Below are positions 27,491 through 37,187 of a DNA stretch of 64,000 bases, one piece after another; within the stretch, counting starts at the first letter, position 1; every line of letters starts with the position of its first letter. The stretch is from NCBI GenBank assembly GCA_964342485.1, contig CAYFFO010000005.1, positions 23,549-87,548 on the forward strand. Direction: 5' to 3'. The DNA is from an uncultured Dehalococcoidia bacterium (GTDB taxonomy: Bacteria > Chloroflexota > Dehalococcoidia > Lucifugimonadales > CAJWER01). Both the position numbers and the translations under genes were made by a program. The notes under the pieces were generated by a model. That model worked only from the letters and a program-made list of their open reading frames with translations. It was not told the origin of the DNA and searched no databases.

Positions 27491-27981
27491 CTATAGGTCT
27501 TTATAATCGATCCATGCGCGGAGTATGTCATAGTCGTGTTTAAATGGGAGTTTAGGTAAATCGATAAACCTAAACAAGTTTACTTCAATAGCGTCGAACC
27601 CTGCCTTAAGTGTTCCACCAGTAATATTTAAAGAGTAGGCAATTAGTATTACAGGATCATTTTTTTCAGAGTAAACACCAAGTAATTTATCAACTTGTGC
27701 ATTTAAACCTGTCTCTTCTCTAAATTCTCGTATAGTGGCATCTTTAATATTTTCACCTCTGTCTACAAAGCCTGCTGGGAGGACCATTTCCCTTGATAAG
27801 GTGGATTGGATCTTTTTACAAGAACGATTTCGTTTTGCATCGAAGCTACTGATAGAACAGCGATCTTTGGGTCAATAAATTTGATAGAATCACATTGTTG
27901 GCAATAGGGTCTGTGAATACCTTCTTTGTATTTGGTAGACAAAACAAAACCGCATTGATCACAAAATCGCAGATTTTTCAC
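27491..27981 (-). pseudogene. NUDIX hydrolase with N-terminal Cys4 zinc ribbon, interrupted by a 1-nt frameshift
   Basis: The two overlapping ORFs (27763-27981 and 27491-27787) join as ...SNPPYQGKW/VLPAGFVDRGENIKDATIREFREETGL. This restores a complete NUDIX box Gx5Ex7REUxEExGU only if one extra base is read at about 27783-27786. Confidence 0.7.
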
Positions 27982-28145
27982 AGTTCATAAAGCATATATC
28001 TTTATATAATTAACTGGAAGTACCTTTTTTGATAACTAATACCTTGGTACCGCAATATGAAATGAGTTTGATCGTTTAGGATATTGACCGTTTTAAGCTC
28101 GGTAATTATAATCCTGACTTCGGTATATATATTTTAGGAGAAATC

Positions 28146-28910
28146 GTGACAAAATTAAGAGCGAATAAAGTTAAGAGAAAATTGGAGAATGGAGAAGTAG
28201 CCCTTTGTTTACAAGGAGAACTTACTCCTGATCTAGTTGAGTTTTTTGGCCCAATTGGATTTGACGGGATTTGGATTGAGGCTGAACATGGTCCTATAGA
28301 TTTTGCAGACATACGGGATTTCACAAGAGCGGCCGATTTATGGGGTTTGACTTCTATAGCTCGTGTAAATCTTAATTTGCCTGGAGTGATTTACAGGACA
28401 CTTGATCAAGGAGCGCAGGGCATTGTTGTTCCTCATGTAAATACTGCGGATGAAGCTCGTGCTGTAGTGAATGCTTCTAAGTTCGCACCCATAGGTTCGA
28501 GAGGCTCCTATACTAGTAGACAGGGGATCGGGGTTGAAGATTATTTTCAGAATGCGAACGACGAAGTTCTTACAATGATTTTAATTGAAGATATTATAGC
28601 TATTGAGAATCTTGATGAAATTTTAAAGATCGATAATATAGACGTTTTTTTTGTAGCCCCTGGAGATTTAGCTCAAAGTATGGGGTATTTTGGTGATATG
28701 GCACATCCTGAAGTACAAAACATGGTCGATTTGACGATTGGAAGGATTGTTTCTTCAGGAAGAGTAGCAGGAGCCCTTGTGACGGATAATTCAGTGGAAA
28801 GTTATATTAAAAAAGGTGCCCGTTTTGTAAGCACTACATATACTGGTTGGTTACAACAAAGTGCCAAATCATATTTGAATAGAGCCTACTCTGCAATAGA
28901 TAAACTTTAG
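28146..28910 (+). CDS. HpcH/HpaI-family aldolase
   Basis: VEFFGPIGFDGIWIEAEHGPIDF and MILIEDIIAIENLDEILKIDNIDVFFVAPGDLAQSMG. GTG start. Confidence 0.8.
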   Translation: MTKLRANKVKRKLENGEVALCLQGELTPDLVEFFGPIGFDGIWIEAEHGPIDFADIRDFTRAADLWGLTSIARVNLNLPGVIYRTLDQGAQGIVVPHVNTADEARAVVNASKFAPIGSRGSYTSRQGIGVEDYFQNANDEVLTMILIEDIIAIENLDEILKIDNIDVFFVAPGDLAQSMGYFGDMAHPEVQNMVDLTIGRIVSSGRVAGALVTDNSVESYIKKGARFVSTTYTGWLQQSAKSYLNRAYSAIDKL

Positions 28911-29020
28911 TTATCCATAGTAAATAACACGTCCATATGATATCGCGCTTTAAGTGGTATCAATCTAGTCATGTAGAATATGGGAATTGATTTTAATAAA
29001 TATAGGACGTGTAACAACGA

Positions 29021-30244
29021 TTGGATATATTAGAAAAAACACTAAATCGAATTCAACTTGATTTGGCAAGAAGAATCTCTGTTAGTAGTCATAATCTAAA
29101 TATAAAAACGTATCTTGTGGGAGGATCTGCAAGAGATGTATTACTCGGACATGTTCCAGTAGATCTGGACTTCACAGTAGTAAGTGACGACCCAAATATT
29201 TTGAAAGTACTCTCCTCGGATATTGGTGGAGTAATACTATCTTCATCTCAATTCCATACTGTAAAAATGGACGTCGCGGGCATCGTGATTGATGTTTCAA
29301 TGGCGCGTAAAGAAACTTATAAAGATCCCGGATGCCTTCCTACTATTAGTCTAGGTGTTCCTATAGAAGAAGATCTTTTTCGTAGAGATTTTTCTATTAA
29401 TGCTATTGCCTTGTCGATTAATAATCATGAATGGGGAAAGATTATTGATCCAGGTGGAGGTAATTCTGATATTGGTATACGAAGCTTAAAAATTCTACAT
29501 GAAGCGAGTTTTATAGATGATCCTACACGGATATTGAGAGCTGTTAGATATCTGGTCAGATTAAATTGCTCTCTTGAGTACAGAACAGATATATTATTCC
29601 AGGAAGGTTTAAAGTATTTACAATTAGTTAGTCCACATAGAACAAGGCGTGAATTTGACAGAAATTTGGCTGAGATCAATATCAGCCAAATTTTAAAAGA
29701 ATCCCATGATAGGGGAGTCTTATCATCAGTTCATCCTTCATTGAATCTAAATAAACAGCTATACAGTGTTTTAAATTCACCCGATTACTTGTTGAGGCCT
29801 TCAAATGATGCTATTTATGCTGCTTTAACTTTTGACTCAACTGAATTATTAAGAAATGATTTGGGTAATCGATTGGATTTAAATTCCAAATTAAAGACCA
29901 TTTTGAATCAAGTTGGTGAAATCAAATCTTTATTTCATATTTTTAGTGATACTGCAATTAAACCAGTTGAGATTTGGTCACGACTTAAAAATTTTGACAT
30001 TTCTGCAATAAGGGGATGTAGTCTATCACTGTCAAATACTGTAGTAAAAAAAGCTTTAGATTTGTATATTCAGGATTTACGAGATATTAAACCAATGTTA
30101 AATGGGAAAGATTTGATAGATATGGGAATCAACCCTGGGCCAGATGTTGGTGATACGTTAAATTCACTTACAGAAGCTAGGCTAGAAGGAAAGATTTCAT
30201 CTTTAAAAGATGAAAAAGAATATATTTTGTCCTTGGACAATTAA
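29021..30244 (+). CDS. CCA-adding enzyme / poly(A) polymerase-family tRNA nucleotidyltransferase
   Basis: LVGGSARDVLLG..PVDLDF and RRDFSINAIA head-domain motifs. TTG start. Confidence 0.75.
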   Translation: MDILEKTLNRIQLDLARRISVSSHNLNIKTYLVGGSARDVLLGHVPVDLDFTVVSDDPNILKVLSSDIGGVILSSSQFHTVKMDVAGIVIDVSMARKETYKDPGCLPTISLGVPIEEDLFRRDFSINAIALSINNHEWGKIIDPGGGNSDIGIRSLKILHEASFIDDPTRILRAVRYLVRLNCSLEYRTDILFQEGLKYLQLVSPHRTRREFDRNLAEINISQILKESHDRGVLSSVHPSLNLNKQLYSVLNSPDYLLRPSNDAIYAALTFDSTELLRNDLGNRLDLNSKLKTILNQVGEIKSLFHIFSDTAIKPVEIWSRLKNFDISAIRGCSLSLSNTVVKKALDLYIQDLRDIKPMLNGKDLIDMGINPGPDVGDTLNSLTEARLEGKISSLKDEKEYILSLDN

Positions 30245-30392
30245 AGGTATTATAGATTTTCAAAAATGTAGGCACTACAAAAACAATTACAACAGGTTAA
30301 CTAGTTAGGGCCCAAGCTAAGTGTCACGTAGACTATTTATTAATGTAATGTGTGATAGATAATAACAGGTATCAGCTAAAACGAGGTAAACA

Positions 30393-32621
30393 ATGACTAA
30401 ACAGGTTTTAGATTCTTCTTTACGGCGGAGTAATATAGGTAGCAGACCAATCAGACATGATGGAGTTCCTAAAGTCACGGGAGAGGCTTGTTTTGGGGCT
30501 GATATATCTTTGCCGGGAATGATATATGCTAAAGTTCTCAGAAGCCCGTATGCTCATGCGATTATTAAGTCTGTTGATGTTACTTTAGCTGAAGCTTCCA
30601 AAGACGTAATAGCTATTGTAACTGGCAGCGACCTATATATTGAAGAAAAAGCGAATTCTGCCAATGAATTTCAAAAAAATAATATCTTGGCTAGAAATAG
30701 AGTACTTTATAAAGGTCATCCAGTTGCAGCTATAGCCGCAAATAATTTACATGCAGCTGAAGAAGCGCTTTCGCTGATTAAAGTGGAATACGAACCCTTA
30801 CCTTTTGTGACGGATGTGAATGATGCTATGTCATCTGAAGCACCAATTTTACATGAAGCGTTACAGTCAAATCGAAATACTTCGAATATTGTTGATAGTG
30901 AAATTTTTGAACATGGAAACATAAGGACAGGTTTTGAAAATGCGGATGTTATCGTTGAGAGACAATTCAAAACTAGGTCAGTCCATCAAGGATATATAGA
31001 ACCTCAAAATGCCACTGCTGTGTGGGAACAAGATGGCAGACTAACGATTTGGTGCAGTAGCCAGGGACATTTTGGTATAAGAGATAATGTCGCTGCTATT
31101 TTAGGATTGGATGTGTCAAATATTAAAGTTGTTCCTATGGAAATAGGAGGTGGTTTTGGAGGTAAGATATCGCCTTATCTGGAGCCCCTTGCGGCTTTGT
31201 TATCTAAGAAAAGTGGCAGGCCTGTTAAGATGGTTATGTCAAGAAACGAAGTGTTTGAATCTACTGGGCCTGCAGCAGGCGGTAATATTAGGGTAAAACT
31301 AGGTGCAAATAGTTTAGGACGTATTGTTGCAGCTGAAGCCCACTGTTTTTACGAGGCAGGTGCATATCCTGGAGCACCTTTGGCTGGAGCTGCAGCAGGA
31401 ATTTTTGCACCATATAGCATTGATAATGTAAGAATTGAGGCGTATGACGTTGTAGATAATAAACCAAAGACTTCTGCATACCGTGCTCCAGGCGCGACAG
31501 TTGCAGTTTTTGCTGCTGAAAACGTGATTGATGAAATTGCACATCAACTCAATCTGGATCCTATGGAATTCAGGCTTATTAACGTAGCCGAGGAAGGCTC
31601 TCGCCGGGCTGATGGTGTGGTAAATGTTCGTATTGGTGCAAAGCAAGTTATGGATGCAGTTCGAAAGCATTCCCATTACTCATCTAAGCTCAAGGGAAAA
31701 TTTGTTGGAAGGGGAGTAGCTATGGGGTTTTGCAGAAACAACACGGGCATGGCCTGCGTAGTTGCTAATGTATTGGATGATGGTAAAGTCAGCCTGGTTG
31801 AAGGGTCTGTAGATATAGGTGGGAGTCGCACATCGGTTAGTCAGCAATTTGCGGAAGTTCTAGGGATATCAGTAGAGGATGTCATCCCACAAGTTGCTGA
31901 CACGGACACTGTGGGATACACATCAGTGACTGGAGGCAGTGGAGTAGCTTATAAGTCTGGATGGGCTGCATTTGAAGCAGCTCATGATGTTAAACGTCAG
32001 TTATTGGAACGAGTCGCTTTGTTGTGGGAAACATCTATTGAAAACTTGGAATATCATGACGCTGTAGTACGACATAAATTTGATATAGAAATGACAATTT
32101 CTTTCCGGGAAATCACCTCTTTATTGTCAGAAACTGGAGGACCAGTTGTAGGTAGAGCGAATATAAGTCCAGGAGGTCTGCATGGGTCTTATTCCGCAAA
32201 TATAGTTGATGTTGAGGTAGATATGGAAACTGGTAAGGTAGAAATTATTCGGGTAACTGCCTTCCAAGATGCTGGGACTGCAGTACACCCTGGATATGTT
32301 GAAGGACAAATACAAGGAGGTACTGTACAGGGGATTGGATGGGCACTGAATGAAGGTTACTTTATGGGCATAAAAGGCGAGATGATGAATCCAACATTTT
32401 TGGACTACAGAATGCCAACTTCGTATGATGTTCCAATGATAGACCCGGTAATTCTTGAAGTTCCAAGTAGCTCACATCCTTTTGGTGTCCGGGGAGTTGG
32501 AGAAGCGAATATAGTACCACCACCTGCAGCTATAGCGAATGCTATATATGATGCAATCGGTGTGAGAATGTATGAGCTTCCTATATTACCTGAAAATGTG
32601 CTTGAGGCATTAGAATCTTAA
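30393..32621 (+). CDS. xanthine dehydrogenase / aldehyde oxidase / CoxL-family molybdopterin-binding large subunit
   Basis: GEACFGADI..., YAHAIIKSVD, EIGGGFGGK and the C-terminal GVGEANIVPPPAAIANAIYDA. Size 742 aa. No adjacent FAD or 2Fe-2S subunit ORFs. Confidence 0.85.
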   Translation: MTKQVLDSSLRRSNIGSRPIRHDGVPKVTGEACFGADISLPGMIYAKVLRSPYAHAIIKSVDVTLAEASKDVIAIVTGSDLYIEEKANSANEFQKNNILARNRVLYKGHPVAAIAANNLHAAEEALSLIKVEYEPLPFVTDVNDAMSSEAPILHEALQSNRNTSNIVDSEIFEHGNIRTGFENADVIVERQFKTRSVHQGYIEPQNATAVWEQDGRLTIWCSSQGHFGIRDNVAAILGLDVSNIKVVPMEIGGGFGGKISPYLEPLAALLSKKSGRPVKMVMSRNEVFESTGPAAGGNIRVKLGANSLGRIVAAEAHCFYEAGAYPGAPLAGAAAGIFAPYSIDNVRIEAYDVVDNKPKTSAYRAPGATVAVFAAENVIDEIAHQLNLDPMEFRLINVAEEGSRRADGVVNVRIGAKQVMDAVRKHSHYSSKLKGKFVGRGVAMGFCRNNTGMACVVANVLDDGKVSLVEGSVDIGGSRTSVSQQFAEVLGISVEDVIPQVADTDTVGYTSVTGGSGVAYKSGWAAFEAAHDVKRQLLERVALLWETSIENLEYHDAVVRHKFDIEMTISFREITSLLSETGGPVVGRANISPGGLHGSYSANIVDVEVDMETGKVEIIRVTAFQDAGTAVHPGYVEGQIQGGTVQGIGWALNEGYFMGIKGEMMNPTFLDYRMPTSYDVPMIDPVILEVPSSSHPFGVRGVGEANIVPPPAAIANAIYDAIGVRMYELPILPENVLEALES

Positions 32622-32737
32622 ATGGTATTGTTTATGTGTAGCCACTTTCCAATTTCATAGGATATTTTTTTAGGATATTGAACCTGTACCTAATGGTGCT
32701 GAATCAAATCAAATTGGTATATAGTATCGTGATTGAA

Positions 32738-32767
32738 TTGACAATACTTTTTAACCATTCATACAAT
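32738..32767 (+). promoter_or_regulatory. candidate sigma70-type promoter for the ABC/GldG-like operon
   Basis: TTGACA (32738-32743), 18-nt spacer, TACAAT (32762-32767), about 55 nt upstream of the ATG at 32823. Motif match only. Confidence 0.3.
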
Positions 32768-32822
32768 TAAATGAGGCTATATAGTAGGAAAGCGTTATTT
32801 TTGGAAGGATATTTGGATATTA

Positions 32823-33881
32823 ATGTCGAATAAAAATGTTGATACAGTGGTAACAGATTCTTCGATCGAAACTGTTGAAGATACGACCGAAACTTCGGAC
32901 ATAAATGCAATTCAAGTGGATGGTGTTACAAAACAGTTCGGTCCAAATATTGCTGTAAACAATGTGTCATTTAATGTGAAGAAGGGTGAAGTTGTAGGAT
33001 TTCTGGGTCCAAACGGGTCTGGGAAAACAACTACAATGAGGCTAATAACATCCTTCTATACTCCTGATAAGGGTAATATATCGGTTGGTGGTTTGGATAA
33101 TCAGCAACATGATGTTAATACTCGACGCATGATAGGCTATTTACCGGAGAATAACCCGGTGTATGGGGATTTACTGGTATTCGAGTATCTTAATTTCGTA
33201 GCAAATTTAAGAGGTATTTCGGGAAAAGAACGTACAAGAAGTATAGAGAATTCGGTAGAAGAAACTGGTATACATGATGTTTATTATAGGCCGATAAACC
33301 AATGTTCAAAAGGCTACAAGCAACGTGTTGGACTAGCCGGGTGTGTTTTGCATAGACCGGATATTTTGATAATGGATGAGCCTACAGAAGGATTAGATCC
33401 TAATCAAAGAATACCGATCAGGGAACTAATAAGGACAATGGGTAGTCAAAGAACGGTGATGTTAAGTACCCATGTTCTACAAGAAGTAGAAGAAACTTGT
33501 GATCGTTTATTAATTATTAGCAGAGGACGTATTGCAGCAGAAGGCACGGTCGATGAGTTAACAACTCAAGCGAGCGGCAACCGACATATAGCTTTTGAGG
33601 TAGAGGGGGAAAATGTAGAAGCTGCTCTTGCAGAAATAAAAGAGATTCAATCTGTACGTAGCCTGGCCTCAGTCAGTGGTAGATTGAAGTATGATATTTC
33701 TGTAAAACCTGGAGAGGAATTTGATGTGCGCCCAAATATTTACAGACTATCTAAGAAGAAAGGTTGGGTTATTTGGGAGCTTCACCAAGAAGCTGCTCGA
33801 CTATCGGATCTTTTCCATGAGTTGACGCAAAATGATCAAGAGATAGTAGATTCTGCTCAAAATGAACAGGAAGGTTCATGA
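32823..33881 (+). CDS. ABC transporter ATP-binding protein (GldA-like, ABC-2 type)
   Basis: Walker A GPNGSGKTT, signature SKGYKQR, Walker B ILIMDEPTEGLD. Confidence 0.85.
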   Translation: MSNKNVDTVVTDSSIETVEDTTETSDINAIQVDGVTKQFGPNIAVNNVSFNVKKGEVVGFLGPNGSGKTTTMRLITSFYTPDKGNISVGGLDNQQHDVNTRRMIGYLPENNPVYGDLLVFEYLNFVANLRGISGKERTRSIENSVEETGIHDVYYRPINQCSKGYKQRVGLAGCVLHRPDILIMDEPTEGLDPNQRIPIRELIRTMGSQRTVMLSTHVLQEVEETCDRLLIISRGRIAAEGTVDELTTQASGNRHIAFEVEGENVEAALAEIKEIQSVRSLASVSGRLKYDISVKPGEEFDVRPNIYRLSKKKGWVIWELHQEAARLSDLFHELTQNDQEIVDSAQNEQEGS

Positions 33882-36165
33882 TTTGAGAACGTTTTTAACT
33901 CTAATTAAGAAAGATCTTAAGGGTTATTTTGACCAGCCTACTGGTTTTATAATTCTGGTTATATTTTTGTCCATCACGTCGATTTTCTTTTTTAGAACAG
34001 CCTTGATTACCCAAGAAGCGTCTTTAAGGCCTCTTTTCGGTATTATGCCTTGGCTTTTGTGCGTCTTTGTTCCAGCTGCCACGATGCGATTGGTATCTGA
34101 AGAGCAACGTGATGGTACTTTAGAAATTTTGTTAACTCAGCCTTTGAGAATCTGGAATGTATTATTGGCCAAATTCATGGTGGGCATAATTTTTGTTGGC
34201 ACCGGGATACTGGGAACTATATTTATACCATTAACGTTACAGGCATCTGGAAACTTTGATAATGGGGCTATCGTTGCCCAATATGTAGGGACTTTCTTTC
34301 TTACAGCTTCTTTTGTTTCAATAGGGTTATTTACTTCAAGCTTGACTCGAAACCAGATGATATCTTTTGTTTTTGGCATATCGATTATTGGCCTGTTGAT
34401 GCTGGGAGGCCATCCACTTCTTACGTTGGCTGTTCCTCCTGTAGCTGCGGTATTGATACAGGGACTGAGTCCTTTAACACATTTTGAGGGTATTGCTAGA
34501 GGAGTTATAGATCTTCGAGATGTAGTTTATTTTGTTGGTTTGATTTCTACTTTTTTGAGTGCGACTTTCTTACTTATACGTGGTAAGAGTGTTAGCCATA
34601 GATCATTGTTGTACAGAAACCTTCAACTTGGTGTTGGTGGGCTTGTTATTTTCAGTATACTCATAGGTTGGTCGGGGAGTACTATAAGAGGTCGATTAGA
34701 TTTGACTCAAAACCAATTATTCACCCTCAGCGATGCTACCGTTGAATTACTTAATGAACTTGAAGATGTAGTAACAATAAAATTATTCGTGTCTGAAGAT
34801 CCGCCAGTTCAAGTTGCTTTGACTCAACGGGATACAGAAGATTTGCTTAAAGATATTTCGATGGCTTCTAAAGGCAAGGTTAGGTTGGTCAAATATTTGG
34901 CTGATAAAGATGAAGCTTCAGCTTTGGAAGCTCGTAGAAGTTTTGTGCCCCCAGTAAATTTCAGCGAACAATCAGGCGGTGAATTTAAAGTAAAAGTGGG
35001 GTATTTGGGTGTGGGCATGACCTTTGCTAATAGACAGGAAAATATTCCATTTATCGAAACGGCAGATGGATTAGAGTATAGACTGATGGCCAATATACGT
35101 CGGATGGTACAGAAAAGACCTAGCATGATCACATTCATGAGAGGACATGGGGAATGGACTAGGGATGCAGACTTACAGTCTTTCAGGGACCAGCTGGAAA
35201 GACATCACAGGGTTATGGATTTAGACGCAGCTAAAGAAGATGAATTGATAGAAGGTTCTGCAGGACCACTACGCCAGTCAGATGTAGTGATTTTGCCAGG
35301 TTCAACTAAAGAAGTTCCTCCATGGGTTCTTGCTTCAATCGATGAATATCTTGCTGAAGGCGGCAAATTACTTATTTTAGTCGATTCGCTCGAAGTCGAT
35401 GACAGGGCATTAACAGCAAAAAAGGCCTCTACCGGAATTAGCGAATGGTTAGAAGGATACGGTGTCCTGGTGAGAGATAATGTTGTGTTCGATACAAGAT
35501 CTCACGAGACACTATTGTTTAATACTAGGTTTGGAGGGGTGAATTTAGCTTATCCATATTGGCCTAGAGTGGTTACCACTGAAAGAAGAGTTTCTGGCGG
35601 GGTGGCAAGTGCTGTATTTCCATGGTCTAGTTCCATAGAGATTGCTGAAGCCACAGGCGTGTCGATAGATACTGATATAGTTCCAATAGTTGTTACAACT
35701 CAATTTGGTGCTGTAGATGAATCTTTTCGTGATATGACACCTCGATCACAGACACTTGAAAATTATGATGAAGGTGATCTTGCAGAACGTGTTGTAGCAG
35801 TTGCCGTTACAGGTACACGATGTTCTTATTACAAACCAAATTGTGATAAAAACCTTGAAAATACTTTCCGTATGGTTGTGGCTTCAGATTCTGTTTGGCT
35901 TACTGAGCGTATGGTTAATGGATTCCCTGAGCATCTGGCGTTGGCAGTTAACTGGATTGATTGGCTTAGTCAAGAAGACCAACTAGCAGCTATAAGAGCA
36001 AAAGGTAATACCGTCAGACAGCTGGTATTTGAATCAGATTTTAACAAGGAATTAATCAAGAATATTAATAGATTGGGGTTGCCAGGGATAGTAGTTATCG
36101 TTGGATTGATACGATTCTTATTAAGGAGACAGATTACCAGAAGGGTGTATTCAAGTGAGCGGTAG
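33862..36165 (+). CDS. fusion of ABC-2 permease (GldF-like) and GldG-like ABC-transport auxiliary domain
   Basis: The N-terminal ~240 aa have six hydrophobic segments. A ~450-aa soluble region follows, then a C-terminal TM (LGLPGIVVIVGLIRFLL). The gene overlaps the upstream ATPase gene by 20 nt. Confidence 0.65.
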   Translation: MNRKVHDLRTFLTLIKKDLKGYFDQPTGFIILVIFLSITSIFFFRTALITQEASLRPLFGIMPWLLCVFVPAATMRLVSEEQRDGTLEILLTQPLRIWNVLLAKFMVGIIFVGTGILGTIFIPLTLQASGNFDNGAIVAQYVGTFFLTASFVSIGLFTSSLTRNQMISFVFGISIIGLLMLGGHPLLTLAVPPVAAVLIQGLSPLTHFEGIARGVIDLRDVVYFVGLISTFLSATFLLIRGKSVSHRSLLYRNLQLGVGGLVIFSILIGWSGSTIRGRLDLTQNQLFTLSDATVELLNELEDVVTIKLFVSEDPPVQVALTQRDTEDLLKDISMASKGKVRLVKYLADKDEASALEARRSFVPPVNFSEQSGGEFKVKVGYLGVGMTFANRQENIPFIETADGLEYRLMANIRRMVQKRPSMITFMRGHGEWTRDADLQSFRDQLERHHRVMDLDAAKEDELIEGSAGPLRQSDVVILPGSTKEVPPWVLASIDEYLAEGGKLLILVDSLEVDDRALTAKKASTGISEWLEGYGVLVRDNVVFDTRSHETLLFNTRFGGVNLAYPYWPRVVTTERRVSGGVASAVFPWSSSIEIAEATGVSIDTDIVPIVVTTQFGAVDESFRDMTPRSQTLENYDEGDLAERVVAVAVTGTRCSYYKPNCDKNLENTFRMVVASDSVWLTERMVNGFPEHLALAVNWIDWLSQEDQLAAIRAKGNTVRQLVFESDFNKELIKNINRLGLPGIVVIVGLIRFLLRRQITRRVYSSER

Positions 36166-37165
36166 ATACGTAGCCTTCGTTCTTATAGCGGTTATAATAC
36201 TCGGTGCTGCTGGCATTGTATTTCGTCTTATCTCCACTGAATCCGCCACTATCAAATTGTTTGGGGACGTCAGCACCCTTAATTCAGAAACGGTTGATAA
36301 AATTGTTATGAGGGATGCTGAACAGCAGACTATTGTAGAAAAACTGGATCGCCAATGGTGGGTAGGTAAATATCCAGCTTTAAACATTAGAATGGAAACT
36401 CTTTGGGAAACAGTTTCTCGAATTAGTGAGGCGCAGCTTATTGCTACGAATTCTATTAATCATGAATTAATGGGTGTCCACCCAGATAACAGTACTGTTT
36501 TAGAATTTTGGAATTCTGATCAACTTTTAGAGAGGTTTATAGTAGGTGATAAGCAGTATGCTCCAGTTGGAGAGAGAATTATCACTCCTTGGACCGGTTC
36601 AGTCAGACTTTGTTATTTAAGACGTTCTGATCAAGTTGAAGTTTACGCACTATTTTGTGAATTTCCTGAACCTTTTGGTACTGATTCAAGTTTTTGGAAA
36701 GATCCGATTGTAGCAGCTGTCCCTCCCGATGAGATAGTATCTATCACATATACATATGCAGGAGAAAAATTTTCTTTGAAACTGGTCGATTCAGTTTGGT
36801 TTGTTGAGACAGAGGCTAGTTCTGAAGTTGCTCGCATTGACACGATTACAGATCTCTTAAATGAAATTAGACAAATAGTAACCAGAGAATTTCCTGAAGA
36901 AGAAGAACTTGTGGAATTGGATTGGAATGTACCCCATGCAATGATGGCTATTGAGGTTGCTGAAGGATCCAGTTCTCGAAGTGTACTATTATCTTTTCTT
37001 CAAAAAGGGACAAATCCTGAGTTTTATGTCAGGGATATGAGTAAGTCGTGGTCTTATTTCCTGAATGAAGAAGACTCTTATTCTATTCTCAAGACTAAGA
37101 GTGATTTTGTGATTAAACCCTCTGTAGCTCCAACTCCCTATCCAACGTCAACTTCTGGAAATTAA
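36155..37165 (+). CDS. single-pass membrane protein, DUF4340-like by position after the GldG-like gene
   Basis: N-terminal TM YVAFVLIAVIILGAAGIVF. The GTG start overlaps the upstream gene by 11 nt. Assignment rests on context rather than motif. Confidence 0.45.
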   Translation: MSGRYVAFVLIAVIILGAAGIVFRLISTESATIKLFGDVSTLNSETVDKIVMRDAEQQTIVEKLDRQWWVGKYPALNIRMETLWETVSRISEAQLIATNSINHELMGVHPDNSTVLEFWNSDQLLERFIVGDKQYAPVGERIITPWTGSVRLCYLRRSDQVEVYALFCEFPEPFGTDSSFWKDPIVAAVPPDEIVSITYTYAGEKFSLKLVDSVWFVETEASSEVARIDTITDLLNEIRQIVTREFPEEEELVELDWNVPHAMMAIEVAEGSSSRSVLLSFLQKGTNPEFYVRDMSKSWSYFLNEEDSYSILKTKSDFVIKPSVAPTPYPTSTSGN

Positions 37166-37187
37166 CACGCTCAGAGTTTCAAATAAT

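Noticed and set aside
27775-27795. Programmed -1 ribosomal frameshift in the NUDIX gene at GGGAAAT.
   Set aside because: The heptamer is read as GGG-AAA-T in the zero frame, not in the X-XXY-YYZ register needed for tandem slippage. I saw no convincing downstream stem or pseudoknot. An indel or pseudogene is more likely.
30245-30392. A molybdenum-cofactor riboswitch upstream of the CoxL-type gene.
   Set aside because: No conserved Moco-motif elements or extended pairing were visible in the 148-nt leader.
31288-31676. Minus-strand ORFs of 84 and 120 aa inside the CoxL-type gene.
   Set aside because: Shadow ORFs antisense to a well-supported 742-aa gene, with Gln/Leu/Cys-rich nonsense composition.
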